Source: Synergistales bacterium
Lineage (GTDB): Bacteria; Synergistota; Synergistia; Synergistales; JAFGMB01
NCBI GenBank assembly: GCA_963666205.1
Contig: OY762654.1
Span: 736,001 to 800,000, forward strand
Length of the DNA stretch: 64,000 nt
Direction of reading: 5' to 3'
Shown here: piece by piece, positions 28,639-39,477 of the stretch
How positions within the stretch are numbered: the first letter of the stretch is position 1
How the letters are laid out: each line of letters opens with the position of its first letter
The notes under the pieces: generated by a model
Told to the model about the DNA's origin: nothing
Seen by the model: the letters and a program-made list of their open reading frames with translations, nothing else
The model's database searches: none
Position numbers and translations under genes: made by a program

Positions 28639-28684
28639 GTCAAAAAAGGGAGAAAGGGCTCAATGCTCCTCTCCCTTTTTTGAC
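28639..28684. terminator. Bidirectional intrinsic terminator (ortB / xth)
   Basis: GTCAAAAAAGGGAGA...TCTCCCTTTTTTGAC with A and T tracts. Confidence 0.8.
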
Positions 28685-28715
28685 GATCTCTGAATGGGTG
28701 GCCTTCTGACAAGAG

Positions 28716-29510
28716 CTACTCCTCAAAGATAGATATTACAGGAGCATGATCGGATGGTTTTTCCCAGCTTCTGGGATCCCTGTCAACATAGCAGTCTATA
28801 GATAGTGATCCCAGGGAAGATGTAGCAAGTATATGATCGATCCTCCACCCTATATTTCTTTCCAGTGCATTTTTAACCCTGTAATCCCAAAAGGAAAATT
28901 CTCCTTCTCCTGGTCTGTGTTTTCTGAAAATATCAATAAAACCCCAACTCTTCACCTCTTCAAAGATGACCTTGAGATCCTTGTGAAAACATACATGATC
29001 CCTTTTCCTCTCCGGACTTGTAACATCAATGTCTGTCGGTGCCACATTCATATCTCCAACCCAGATCAGGTGATCTTCCTTTCTGAAGTTCCTGTCAAAA
29101 AGTATTTTCAACCTCTTAAGAAATATCAACTTATACTGATAGTCCTTATGGTCTATGGATTTACCCTGTGGGATATAAGTGTTTACCACATTGATACCCT
29201 TGATGGTGGCTCTTATCAGTCTTGTTTCAGCCAGAGGTTCTTCTCCATCTTCAAAACCGAAATGGACATCCTCTATGGGATAATTGCTTGCTATGGCTAC
29301 TCCGTTATAGGCTTTTTCTCCCCTGTAAACAACATTGTAGCCCAGAGAATCAAAAAAATCTGCAGGAAAGGTTTCATCAACAGTTTTGGTTTCCTGAAGA
29401 CAGAGAACATTCACCCTGGAACTTCGTATCCACTTTTCAAGAACAGGGATCCTGCTTCTGACGGAATTCACATTGAAAGTCGCAATTGTTATTCCTCCCA
29501 AATCATTCAC
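28716..29510 (-). CDS. xth: Exodeoxyribonuclease III
   Basis: ATFNVNS, LQETK, YNGVA, GDMNVAP, WDYR...GWRIDH, SDHAP. Confidence 0.95.
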   Translation of the reverse strand: MNDLGGITIATFNVNSVRSRIPVLEKWIRSSRVNVLCLQETKTVDETFPADFFDSLGYNVVYRGEKAYNGVAIASNYPIEDVHFGFEDGEEPLAETRLIRATIKGINVVNTYIPQGKSIDHKDYQYKLIFLKRLKILFDRNFRKEDHLIWVGDMNVAPTDIDVTSPERKRDHVCFHKDLKVIFEEVKSWGFIDIFRKHRPGEGEFSFWDYRVKNALERNIGWRIDHILATSSLGSLSIDCYVDRDPRSWEKPSDHAPVISIFEE

Positions 29511-29596
29511 CTTCCCGATCCATAGATATTCCTTCTCCTTTCTATTGTAAAATATTAAGGGTGGAAAGGAAATACAGTAAAGGAAGGTATCAGCCC

Positions 29597-30628
29597 TTGA
29601 AAAAAAGGACTCATAATATTTTTATGCTATCAATAGTTATGGCCGTACTATCAGCAGGGTTTATTGGAATGCACATGATAGTAGGACTTTCGTGGATTGA
29701 TTCTCTATACTACACCATAACAACTCTTTCCACGGTAGGATACGAAGCTCCTCCAGAACTTACAGATGCTGGAAAAGGCTTTATCATAATCCTCATTATT
29801 TCAGGCATCGGTATAGTCGGGTATGCCATAAGTTCTCTAGGACGGCTGTTCATAGGCGAAAAATTGCTTATCTTTCTTGGGAAAGGCAGGGACAGAAAAG
29901 TGAAGGACATAAAGGATCACTGGATATTGTGCGGCCTGGGGACATTCGGAAGGGAAATAGCATCTCTCCTGATAGCTGAAGAAGCACCTTTTGTCTCCAT
30001 AGAAAAGGATACAGATATTGTTACAGAAGCCCGTATAAAGGACATGCTGGTAATCCAGGGAGACGCTAAACATGACGATATACTGATAGAGGCCGGCATA
30101 GACAGAGCAAAAGGAATAATTATATCGATGGAGGATGAAGCCGACGCTGTCTACACAACTCTTACAGCAAGATCTCTTAATTCAGATATCAGGATCGTCA
30201 GCAAGGCAAACAATGCCCAGTCAGAAAACCTCATGTATCGAAGCGGGGCTAACAAGGTAATTAACCCCGTTATAGCAGGTGCTTCTTCAATAGTAAGAGC
30301 CTCTTTAGAGCCCACAGTGGCAGACTTTCTTGAATTAGTGGGAATATCAAAAAAACTTGATCTGGATTTTGGAACTGTGACTATTCTGCCACAAAGCTAT
30401 ATGGTAGGCCAGACCCTTAGTGAAGCCCCCATACGTGCCATTTACGAAGCTACTGTAATTGCAATTATCCGACCAGATGGGAAAATCATTCACAATCCTG
30501 ATGGAGACCTGAGGCTCGAAAAGAACGACCAGCTCATCATTTTCGGTCAAAGACGGCAGATAGCCAAGCTTAGAAAGGATGTCTCCTGTATAACCTGCAC
30601 TGATACCATTGGAAATCAGACCCATTAA
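29597..30628 (+). CDS. Potassium channel protein with RCK/TrkA domains
   Basis: TLSTVGY pore motif, CGLGTFG Rossmann motif, C-terminal TrkA-C. Confidence 0.9.
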   Translation: MKKRTHNIFMLSIVMAVLSAGFIGMHMIVGLSWIDSLYYTITTLSTVGYEAPPELTDAGKGFIIILIISGIGIVGYAISSLGRLFIGEKLLIFLGKGRDRKVKDIKDHWILCGLGTFGREIASLLIAEEAPFVSIEKDTDIVTEARIKDMLVIQGDAKHDDILIEAGIDRAKGIIISMEDEADAVYTTLTARSLNSDIRIVSKANNAQSENLMYRSGANKVINPVIAGASSIVRASLEPTVADFLELVGISKKLDLDFGTVTILPQSYMVGQTLSEAPIRAIYEATVIAIIRPDGKIIHNPDGDLRLEKNDQLIIFGQRRQIAKLRKDVSCITCTDTIGNQTH

Positions 30629-30670
30629 CTCACTATCGGCCATCCCTGAATATATGGCCGATAGTGAGTT
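30627..30670. terminator. Hairpin between convergent genes
   Basis: AACTCACTATCGGCCAT...ATGGCCGATAGTGAGTT, 17-bp stem. Confidence 0.7.
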
Positions 30671-30705
30671 GAGGCTGAAAATTGCCAGGAGTTAACAAAG
30701 TTTAC

Positions 30706-31698
30706 CTACCCCAGGTAGTCCTTTCTTTCGATAAGACCTCGCACCTGGCCACCCTCAAGGAAAGCTTTCACATTTACAACTGCAGATGTCACTGCATCGA
30801 CAAAAGCATCCTTGACATAGTTGGAATTGTGGGGCGAACCAAGAAAATTAGACAGATCAAAGAAGGGATAATTAAGTCTGAAATCATTATCACTCCATGA
30901 TGGTTCCTCCCACCATACATCAATTCCGGCAAGGAAGTCAGGGTGGGTATTAAGATGATCATAAAGGGCTTTCTCATCCAGAAGAGGCGCTCGTGCAACG
31001 TTAATAAGGGTTGCATCTTTTTTCATGCTTTCGAGTTCCTTCCTGCCTATAAGCCCTCTTGTATGACGGGTAAGAGGAAGGGTAAGAACAATAATATCAG
31101 CTTTTTCGAGTACATGACCAAGGTCATTAAGGGTTCCGATAAAATCAACATCATCGGAAGTTCTGCCAGAAGTATTTATTGCCATGACCTTGACATCAAA
31201 TGGTTTAAGCAATTGGACAATGTCTTTTCCTATGCTTCCATAACCTATAACACCGACAGTTTTACCCCTGAGGTTCCTTAGCATATATCCATTTCGTGCA
31301 AAATCTCCCTTTGCCAGCTTGTTATGCTGAGGGATGAATCTCCTGTAAAGCGCCATTATCATGGCGACTGTATGCTCTGCTATCTGGTATGACCAACCTC
31401 CTGCATTACACGCAATAATAATATTTTCAGGTATCTCGGAAAAGGGAAGATAGTCTACACCGGTAGATATGGTCTGGAGAAGCTGAAGCCGGTCAAGTAA
31501 AGGATATTCATCCTTCCTTATTTCCCGGTTGAAAAAGAAGGAGACTACTGCATCTGCATTGGTAAGAAGTTCATTTCTGGCATCTTCTTCCTGGTCTGCA
31601 AGGAAAAACACACGAGCCATGCTCGATAAAACTGAACGTATTTTTATTTTTGACTCCTCCGACATAGAAGCTGATACTACAACCGATTTTTCTTTCAT
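30706..31698 (-). CDS. D-isomer-specific 2-hydroxyacid dehydrogenase
   Basis: GYGSIG, LPLT..TRGL, INVAR, DVWW.EP, SPH. Confidence 0.9.
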   Translation of the reverse strand: MKEKSVVVSASMSEESKIKIRSVLSSMARVFFLADQEEDARNELLTNADAVVSFFFNREIRKDEYPLLDRLQLLQTISTGVDYLPFSEIPENIIIACNAGGWSYQIAEHTVAMIMALYRRFIPQHNKLAKGDFARNGYMLRNLRGKTVGVIGYGSIGKDIVQLLKPFDVKVMAINTSGRTSDDVDFIGTLNDLGHVLEKADIIVLTLPLTRHTRGLIGRKELESMKKDATLINVARAPLLDEKALYDHLNTHPDFLAGIDVWWEEPSWSDNDFRLNYPFFDLSNFLGSPHNSNYVKDAFVDAVTSAVVNVKAFLEGGQVRGLIERKDYLG

Positions 31699-31822
31699 AA
31701 ATCATTCGTCTCCTTTGAAATATTTTGCCCTCTCTAAACATTACCGAATCTAGTATTATGGGGAGGCATATAATAATTGTAAAAGGTTTTAAGAAAAAAA
31801 GGAATTATCCGGGGGTATAAAA

Positions 31823-33511
31823 TTGTTCGAAGATGTACAGACTCTTCCATTTATGCTGGTTTCAGGTGGTATATGTATTTTCCTCATCGGACTTGATCTA
31901 AGCACAAAAGCATTCAGAAAGGCTCTGGGAGAGCGGCTGAGCCACCTTATGTATAACCTCAGCCACAGTAAAAAGCTATCCTTTTTTTTCGGGATCAGTC
32001 TCTCCGCCATTTCTCAGAGCAGTACTGCCGCCAGTTCCTTCGCCGTCGGTCTTGTAGATGTTGGCATGCTTCCTCTTGAGAGTGCAATTTTAGTTACCAT
32101 GGGCGCAAGTTTGGGAACAACCTTTGTCACCCTGCTCATAAGTATGGACCTGATACTCTGGGCTCCCCTCCTTCTTGTTTTCAGTACTATCATGGCAAGA
32201 TTAGGTAAGGGAAATACCATGAAGACAGGCCTTTTATTGCAAGGATTATCATTACTCCTGACTGGAATGCTGATCCTTAAGATAGGCATAGACCCTCTTG
32301 TTTCGGAAAATTATATAAAGGACTTTATGATCATGGCATCAGGGAACCCGCTTTACCTTGGTATGGCATCCTTTGCTCTTGTATCCATAATTCAAAGCAG
32401 CCCCGCAGTCATGGCCATTGCAATTGCCCTGGCTTCAGCAGGTATTCTTACCCTGCCTTCGATCGTAGCAGTTGTTCTGGGAAGCCATGTAGGAAGTTCC
32501 AGCATAGTCCTTCTTGCAGGTTTGGGGTCAAGAGTCAATGCAAGAAGACTCGCATGGAGCAACTTTATTTTCAGGATTGCCGGAACCCTGATAATTATCC
32601 CTCTCTCAGGATATCTTACAACATTCACATCTTATCTGACCCCCTCCATGTCGACACAGGTAGCTCTGATCCACATTGCAGTCGCAGCTTTCAATGTCCT
32701 TGTATTTGTACCATTTACTTCGATATTGGCACGAACAGTACAGTTCCTGTTTCATCCTTCCCCTGAGGAGGCCCTCGGAGAACCGGTTTTTCTCAACAAC
32801 TCCATGCAGGAATTCCCCATAATGGGTTTAAATCTCCTGGCGAAAGAGATGGTAAGGCTTGGAAACCTCTGTGAGGAACTCTTCTACATTATTATGGATA
32901 GAACACAATTCCAGGAAAGGATCCCATCATTGAGGGAGGGAACAACCAGGCTTCTGTCATCATGCATAGACTTCCTTTCCGGAATACAGCCCCCCCGTAC
33001 TGACGAATACTGGAAACGTGAATACAGCTGTATTTCATATTCTCTTGCTGCTCTGAAAGACATGACTAACACTATTTCAGAAAATATGTATTTTCTTTTT
33101 GAAGAAAAAGAAAATGAAATCCTGGGTGCTATGGATAGGGAACATGAATTTAAAGCTCTGATAACACTGCTTTCAAGACTAATAACCCAATCTGTGGGGG
33201 CATTCGCTCTTGGCGGCAAAGAAATGTCAAAAACAGCTAAAAAAACATGGGGGAAATATCTTGATAAAGACAAGGAGATCAGAAAAGCTCTATTAGGAAG
33301 GAATTATCCTTTTCATCCCGGGGAAGAATTGTCCCTTTGGGAATATTTGTCAGTAGGCAATAAAATAGCCCGGGCTTCCTTTGAACTGGCAAGAGGATCA
33401 CTTGTTGAAACCTGTTCTGATAATATTGATCCTTTGAAAATTCAGAAGGGCCTTCAAGGAAATTCAGGAATAGATAAGGAGGAAGAGCAATATGATACTG
33501 AGAAGAAATGA
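31823..33511 (+). CDS. Na/Pi cotransporter family protein
   Basis: Two QSS repeats (SQSSTA, IQSSPA), GASLGTT, soluble C-terminal domain; upstream of phoU. Confidence 0.85.
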   Translation: MFEDVQTLPFMLVSGGICIFLIGLDLSTKAFRKALGERLSHLMYNLSHSKKLSFFFGISLSAISQSSTAASSFAVGLVDVGMLPLESAILVTMGASLGTTFVTLLISMDLILWAPLLLVFSTIMARLGKGNTMKTGLLLQGLSLLLTGMLILKIGIDPLVSENYIKDFMIMASGNPLYLGMASFALVSIIQSSPAVMAIAIALASAGILTLPSIVAVVLGSHVGSSSIVLLAGLGSRVNARRLAWSNFIFRIAGTLIIIPLSGYLTTFTSYLTPSMSTQVALIHIAVAAFNVLVFVPFTSILARTVQFLFHPSPEEALGEPVFLNNSMQEFPIMGLNLLAKEMVRLGNLCEELFYIIMDRTQFQERIPSLREGTTRLLSSCIDFLSGIQPPRTDEYWKREYSCISYSLAALKDMTNTISENMYFLFEEKENEILGAMDREHEFKALITLLSRLITQSVGAFALGGKEMSKTAKKTWGKYLDKDKEIRKALLGRNYPFHPGEELSLWEYLSVGNKIARASFELARGSLVETCSDNIDPLKIQKGLQGNSGIDKEEEQYDTEKK

Positions 33512-34193
33512 AGATACAAAGAGTTTTCTTCTTGGCAAAGACAGGGAGATCATTATTGAAATGCTTGATCAGATGGGGCAGGCAGTTGAAAACATGATCG
33601 TCATGTCTGTAAGTGCTCTTGAAGCAAGAAGTGATTCTCTTGCTCAACAAGTGATCGATAATGATGAAATAGTTGACGAACATGAGATCGAAATAGAACA
33701 GGAATGCCTCCGAATAATTGCTGTAAGACAGCCAGTAAGGGAAGAACTAAGATTTTTCTTTTCAGTTCTGAAGATAATCACGGACCTTGAAAGAGTTGGA
33801 GATGAAGCATGCAATATAGCCAGACATGCCTTGCAGCTTAACCAGGAACCCTTGTTGAAACCGCTGATAGACATCCCCCGCATGGCTTCAATTTGTGTAG
33901 AAATGTTAAAGGATGCATTGAAATCCTTTAACGATAATGATCCGGAACTGGCAAAGAAAGTCTTTATCCAGGACGATGAAATAGATGGACTGTTCAAGCA
34001 GATCATGGATGAACTTTTTATTATTATGGGAAAGGAAAACTCCGGTGACAGCAACAGATCGAGAAGAGCCATTCTCCTGCAGATTGTGGCAAGACATCTG
34101 GAACGTATGGGAGATCACGCTGCAAATATCTCGGAAAGATCCTTTTACATGTCTACAGGTAAGCGAATAAAAAAGGAACTTCCCTTGAAATAA
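33492..34193 (+). CDS. phoU: Phosphate signalling protein PhoU
   Basis: RQP...DLERVGD, KPLIDIPRM, LERMGDHA.NI.E. Confidence 0.93.
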   Translation: MILRRNEDTKSFLLGKDREIIIEMLDQMGQAVENMIVMSVSALEARSDSLAQQVIDNDEIVDEHEIEIEQECLRIIAVRQPVREELRFFFSVLKIITDLERVGDEACNIARHALQLNQEPLLKPLIDIPRMASICVEMLKDALKSFNDNDPELAKKVFIQDDEIDGLFKQIMDELFIIMGKENSGDSNRSRRAILLQIVARHLERMGDHAANISERSFYMSTGKRIKKELPLK

Positions 34194-34328
34194 CCCTCCA
34201 CGTGGCATACCCCCAGGTCCTTATGCTCTAGAGTAAAGAGGTCTTTCAACAGAGTATTGCATAAAGAACAGACTTGTGCATATAATAAACATGAACAAAA
34301 TAACTCATTAACAAAGGAGGCCTTTGAC

Positions 34329-34799
34329 ATGGCAGAGTGTTTTGAAATGCAAAAGGCACTTACTTATGGGATCCAGGCAGAGATCGAGGCAAAGGAATTC
34401 TACAAGATGTGGGCCGATAACGTCGATGAAGAGCACTACAAAAAAGAACTCATGGAACTCTCCGCATGGGAAATGGAACATGAGAAGGGTCTGAAAGATT
34501 ATTACTTGGAACTTTACAATGAGGATCCTGTTATAGACCCGAATCTTGTTGTGGCACCAGAACTCAAAGTTCAGACAAAAGACTTTAAGGACAGCACTTC
34601 GATTCTCCGAATTGCTGCTGCCGCTTATTTGTCGGAAATGAGGGCCCATGAATTCTATACAAAACTGGCCAAAGAAGCAGGAGGGGAAGCAGCAGTAATG
34701 TTCGAGAAACTTGCAGAAATGGAAAAAGGCCATATGGATACCACAAAGAAACGTTACATGAAGATCAGGGAAGACGTTGTCGGCTTCCACGCTTTCTAG
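34329..34799 (+). CDS. Ferritin-like (rubrerythrin-type) diiron protein
   Basis: E..A.EFY / EMEH and E..A.EFY / EKGH duplicated ligand motifs; AAGGAGG SD. Confidence 0.85.
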   Translation: MAECFEMQKALTYGIQAEIEAKEFYKMWADNVDEEHYKKELMELSAWEMEHEKGLKDYYLELYNEDPVIDPNLVVAPELKVQTKDFKDSTSILRIAAAAYLSEMRAHEFYTKLAKEAGGEAAVMFEKLAEMEKGHMDTTKKRYMKIREDVVGFHAF

Positions 34800-34811
34800 G
34801 AAAGAGTTTTA

Positions 34812-34863
34812 CTTGATTAAACAAGAAGAAGGGGATATATCCCCTTCTTCTTGTTTAATCAAG
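34812..34863. terminator. Perfect 52-bp palindrome between convergent genes
   Basis: CTTGATTAAACAAGAAGAAGGGGATA|TATCCCCTTCTTCTTGTTTAATCAAG. Confidence 0.8.
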
Positions 34864-34868
34864 GACCT

Positions 34869-36350
34869 TTACTTCAACTCCCTCAGCTTGCGTCTTAATA
34901 TTTTACCCGTAGGCGAAAGGGGAAAACTATCAAGAAATTCAACTTTTCTGGGAACCTTGAAGTGGGCAAGTTCCTTTTTACAGTAATCAATTATATCTCT
35001 CTGCGTCAGGCTTGATCCCTCTTCCCTCATCACAAACACCTTGACTACCTCGCCGTTTACGGGATGCGGCATTCCGACTGCAATTGCAGCACTAATACCC
35101 GGATGACCGTTAAGGATACCTTCAACTTCCTGGGGATAGACATTAAAACCACCAACAATAATAATATCAGTTGCGCGGTCAAGGATTGTAAGATAACCCT
35201 CCTGGTCAACTTTTACAACATCTCCGGTATTGAACCATCCATCAACAAATCGTTCGGAACTTATATCCTGAGCCTTGAAATAGGAACCACCTACAGAAGG
35301 GCCTCTGACCCATAGGATACCCTCTTTGTCCTTTTGAAGGATAGTACCCTCGGAGCTTCTTAACTGCCATTCGTAACCTGGGATAAAAGTACCTACCGTA
35401 CCCAGTTTTCTCCCGGAGTATGATGGATTCACTGCCACAACAGGAGAACACTCTGTAAGACCATATCCTTCAAGTACACCTATTCCCATTGTATTCTTCA
35501 CCTTCTGGTCTATCTGAACATTGAGTTTATCTCCACCTGTTATAATCACTTTCAATCCGGAAGGAGTCTTTATTCCTGTATTTTTCATCGTAACCAGAAG
35601 AAAAGATAACATGGCCGGGACCATGACAAGATCAGTTACACCGGAGGTGTTCATAGCTTCAAGTGTAGCCCTTGGAGGCATAAAGGAAGGAAGGATGGTC
35701 TGGGACATTCCGCAAAGTAAAGGTAGTATGCCGGAAACAGTGTACCCGAAGGAATGGAAATTGGGCAGAACATTTATCATCACATCCCCTTCCTGTAATT
35801 CATCAACATGGTCAAAGACTTTTAAGGCATTGTCTATGAGGTTTCCATGGGTTAGGGGAACTGCTTTTGGTAGTCCTGTAGTACCTGAAGTTGCGAAAAT
35901 AATCGCCAGATCAGGATCCCCGGCTTCGCATTCTCGTCCGATGAAAGGCTGAAGGGCCTTATCCGGATCAACCTGGATAACTGGAAAACCGGACTTCTGG
36001 AGATGTTCCCCAAGGTCTGCTATTTCCTCTGAAATTATCACTCCAAAAGCATCGATCAGTTCGAGAGTTCTGGACAGGGATGTGAAACCAGCTCTTGCAT
36101 TGAGGGTAGAGATGGTACCCCCCAGGCTCCATACTGCTATCGAGAGGGCCAGGACCATTGGAGAATTAGGGAGTAATACAGCAAGCCTGTAACCTTCCTT
36201 GAATCCTGATCTTTCAAGGTTTTCTCGACAACTGACAACAAGGCGATCAAGATCTCCGGCATTCCACCAATTCCCTTTCCACCAGAGAATCCGGCGGGAT
36301 GGGTTGAGACCAAAATCTGTAAGTAATAGCTTTTCAAGTCTTTCTTTCAC
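34869..36350 (-). CDS. AMP-binding acyl-CoA ligase (long-chain fatty acid type)
   Basis: TSGTTGLPK, EGYGLTE, FNTGD, GFNVYP.EVE, GKILR. Confidence 0.9.
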   Translation of the reverse strand: MKERLEKLLLTDFGLNPSRRILWWKGNWWNAGDLDRLVVSCRENLERSGFKEGYRLAVLLPNSPMVLALSIAVWSLGGTISTLNARAGFTSLSRTLELIDAFGVIISEEIADLGEHLQKSGFPVIQVDPDKALQPFIGRECEAGDPDLAIIFATSGTTGLPKAVPLTHGNLIDNALKVFDHVDELQEGDVMINVLPNFHSFGYTVSGILPLLCGMSQTILPSFMPPRATLEAMNTSGVTDLVMVPAMLSFLLVTMKNTGIKTPSGLKVIITGGDKLNVQIDQKVKNTMGIGVLEGYGLTECSPVVAVNPSYSGRKLGTVGTFIPGYEWQLRSSEGTILQKDKEGILWVRGPSVGGSYFKAQDISSERFVDGWFNTGDVVKVDQEGYLTILDRATDIIIVGGFNVYPQEVEGILNGHPGISAAIAVGMPHPVNGEVVKVFVMREEGSSLTQRDIIDYCKKELAHFKVPRKVEFLDSFPLSPTGKILRRKLRELK

Positions 36351-36585
36351 TCTTATTCCCCCTTAAATAATAACTCCAACATGATAGTTCAGAAGAAGCA
36401 TTTTATTACAAAAGACCTCCTGGAACAAATTACAGGAACTGAACTCTCCAGTTACCTTATCACTCATTTCGTCTCTAATAGGCACATTATTGGTAATTTA
36501 TCTGATTTTCTGCATTTCTTTCATTGTAAGTAATATGACTTATTAGTACAACAACACGTTGCATGGTTTTTAAGGAGGTATATAT

Positions 36586-37062
36586 ATGAGAAAAAACGGT
36601 CCTTATATGAAACAGGTTCCGAAATACGGTATTCAGGCAGAAACTGAAGCGAAAGAGTTTTACATGGAATGGGCTGAAAATGTGGAAGATGAAACTTAAA
36701 AAATGGAGCTTCTGCCCCATTCGGAAATGGAGCAGGACCACTAAGAACAGCTAAAAAAATACTGTAAGGAACTTTATGACCAGGAATGCTCAAGAGATCC
36801 GGATCTTACCGTGGCCCCGGAACTCAAGATACAGACCAAAGATTTTTACGATATTACATCCAGGATAAGGATTGCAGCCTCCTCTTACGCCTCTGAGATC
36901 AGGGCTGCAGAATACTATAAAAACATGATAAACCAGATGGGGAAATGTGAAGCAAGGGTGATGTCCGAAAAACTGTTACAGGTAGAAAAACAACAAATGG
37001 AAGAAGCAAAGAGAAGATACCTTCACATTAAGGCTGATATATCCGGGTTTCACGTTTTTTGA
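36586..37062 (+). pseudogene. Degenerate paralog of the ferritin-like gene at 34329
   Basis: Colinear single frame (YGIQAE.EAKEFY..WA.NV...VAPELK.QTKDF...GFH.F) with TAA stops at 36697 and 36742; last EKGH has become EKQQ. Confidence 0.85.
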
Positions 37063-37069
37063 CAGGTCA

Positions 37070-37492
37070 TCAAAGAAACCCGGCTATGTCAAAGGGAAGG
37101 CTGGGTATTTCTCCCTGCCTGATATTAAAAACACCTTCAGGTTTATCCAGGTTAAGGCACCTGAAGGGGAACAGTGGGTTTCCAGCATCATCCGTACATT
37201 TTATGGGAATGGGATATTCTTTTGCCATCACTTCTATTTTTATCCTCTCATGCATATAATCCCTGAAAAGATTTAATTCGGCGAGGGCAAAGAATTCATC
37301 ACAATAACCTTTTGCAATGGAACTTCCAACGGCATCAAGACTTGCCATATTTTCGATTAGTATATGGTAGGGAGCAACCCTTATTCTTTCTGCTCTAAGG
37401 GGAATCCAGAATATTTTCGCATTTTTTATGGACCTGAATTCTTCAAAGACTGAATAAGCACGGTAGATGGATGTTGTAATCTGGCTTTTCAC
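37070..37492 (-). CDS. Hypothetical protein
   Basis: Non-overlapping part of ORF 37070..37777; GTG start assumed. Confidence 0.55.
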   Translation of the reverse strand: MKSQITTSIYRAYSVFEEFRSIKNAKIFWIPLRAERIRVAPYHILIENMASLDAVGSSIAKGYCDEFFALAELNLFRDYMHERIKIEVMAKEYPIPIKCTDDAGNPLFPFRCLNLDKPEGVFNIRQGEIPSLPFDIAGFL

Positions 37493-37511
37493 CCCTTTAC
37501 ATAAAATTGGA

Positions 37512-38705
37512 TCAGAATGATTTTTTACTCTCCAGACATAAAAGACATATTCGGGCAAGGAGGGCTGAAGCAGGAGCAAGGGCTCTTTCATCAATCTGAA
37601 AGAAAGGATTGTGAAGGGGATAGTTGACTTGCCCTTCCGGATCACCAACTCCAAGCATAAAATAGCACCCTGATATCCTCTCCAGAAAATATGCAAAATC
37701 ATCAACACCCATACTTGGACGTTCAAGATGCTGAACACTTTTTCTTCCCATGATTTCCAGAGACGCCCTTTCGACAATATCAGTCATTTCAGGGTCATTG
37801 TTCAGACAGGGATATCCCTCTGTAAAAAGGACTTCTCCCTCCCCTCCCATAGAGGTACAGATGGAATCCACCACCTGCCTGACAGCGGACAAAAGGGTTC
37901 GTCGTGTGGAAGGATCAACGGTTCTTATAACACCAGATAATGTTACAGATTGGGCAACAATATTTCTAGCCATGCCACCCTGGATCTGGCCTACTGTAAT
38001 AACAGCAGAATCAAGAGGAGATACACTTCTGCTTATGAGAGTCTGCAGAATATCAACTATTTTTGAAGCAATGATTATTGGATCTATTCCCCTTTCCGGT
38101 TCTGCACCATGGCAGGATATTCCCTTTACAGTAATATCAAACATGTCTGAGGCTGCTCTCATCTTCCCCGAACGGACACCCACCTTACCTCTCTCAAGTT
38201 CAGGCATTACGTGGAGCGAAAAGATATTTTCCACTGCCGGGCCTTTCAGGACCCCTTCCTTTATCATGGGAAGAGCTCCACCGGAAGTTTCTTCCGCTGG
38301 CTGAAATATGAATTTGACATTTCCATGCAGATCTTTCTGAAAGCATGAAAGGATCATAGCAGCTCCCAGAGCTATGGCTATATGAGCATCATGCCCGCAG
38401 GCATGCATTTTACCTTCTATCTCAGACTTATAGGATAAAAGATTCTCTTCCTGAATGGGCAGTGCATCCATGTCTGCCCTTATTGCAACAGTCCCTCGTG
38501 AACCATTCCCTTCCAGGAGAGAAACAACACCCGTCCCGGCAAACCGTTCAGATGATAATCCGAGAGAAGTCAAAACAGTTTCGATAGTCTCAGCTGTTTC
38601 CCCAAGATCAAAATCCAGTTCAGGTCTGGAGTGGATCTTTCTGCGAATCCTGATTATTTCATAACTATATTTCTTTGATAACTCTATTATTTTTTGCGGG
38701 ATCAT
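37512..38705 (-). CDS. M20D family amidohydrolase
   Basis: HSRPEL, RADMDALP, MHACGHD, FQPAEE, DDFAYF, LHNP.F. Confidence 0.92.
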   Translation of the reverse strand: MIPQKIIELSKKYSYEIIRIRRKIHSRPELDFDLGETAETIETVLTSLGLSSERFAGTGVVSLLEGNGSRGTVAIRADMDALPIQEENLLSYKSEIEGKMHACGHDAHIAIALGAAMILSCFQKDLHGNVKFIFQPAEETSGGALPMIKEGVLKGPAVENIFSLHVMPELERGKVGVRSGKMRAASDMFDITVKGISCHGAEPERGIDPIIIASKIVDILQTLISRSVSPLDSAVITVGQIQGGMARNIVAQSVTLSGVIRTVDPSTRRTLLSAVRQVVDSICTSMGGEGEVLFTEGYPCLNNDPEMTDIVERASLEIMGRKSVQHLERPSMGVDDFAYFLERISGCYFMLGVGDPEGQVNYPLHNPFFQIDERALAPASALLARICLLCLESKKSF

Positions 38706-39066
38706 ATAAGAACCTCCGAAAACATTTCCCGTATTTTATCAATTATTAAAAAAATATGTAATATTTACCCATTAACTGACCAATTACTCAAGAGCATTAT
38801 GACACTATCCTTGCCGATCCTGTACGGACAAAGGATACAATACTGGTGAAACCAGACCTGTTACCATAGGATAATTATTGCTTAAGATACTTGATCAAGG
38901 CAAGTATTCATAATTATTGCCCGGTAAGAAAAGAGGTGAATGATAATCAGCTATCAGACATTTGCGGATAAGATAAATTCTGCATAGTAAACAGTTATCT
39001 GGATATATATGCCTTGACGGTATATTATATAATAGTTATGCATGGTAGAGAAAAGGAGGAAAGAGC

Positions 39067-39477
39067 ATGGGGAAAATGCGTAAAATCATAATTCTATCAA
39101 TTCTTGGAATAGCAATAATAGCAACGTTTATGCTCAAAAACAGCAACGAGGTGGAACAAATGGTAGTGGTCAATGGCAAACTTCCGATCCTCCTTGATAT
39201 GTCAACCGCAACCTGACCTGCCTGTAAGGAAATGAAAGGAATTCTGGAAGAATTCCAGGAAAGATACACGGGAAGTGTGGAAATCAATATTATAGACCTC
39301 TGGAAACAACCTGAAGAGGCAGAAAAATACTCTATACGAGTTGTTCCTACTTTGATATTTCTGGATCCGGAGCAGAATGAACTTTACAGACATGAAGGTG
39401 TAATGACCGAAGAAATGCTTCTGAAGAAATGGAAGGAGCTGGGATTTGAACTTAAAAACGAAGGGAAACAGCCCTAA
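39067..39477 (+). CDS. Exported or membrane-anchored thioredoxin-fold selenoprotein (UxxC)
   Basis: AGGAGG SD, ATG 39067, signal/anchor helix, LLDMSTAT-TGA-PACKEM with TGA at 39214, VVPT cis-Pro motif; SECIS-like hairpin downstream. Confidence 0.85.
39238..39256 (+). promoter_or_regulatory. Putative bacterial SECIS element
   Basis: GGAATTCT-GGA-AGAATTCC hairpin with a G-led apical loop about 29 nt 3' of the in-frame UGA. Confidence 0.7.
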
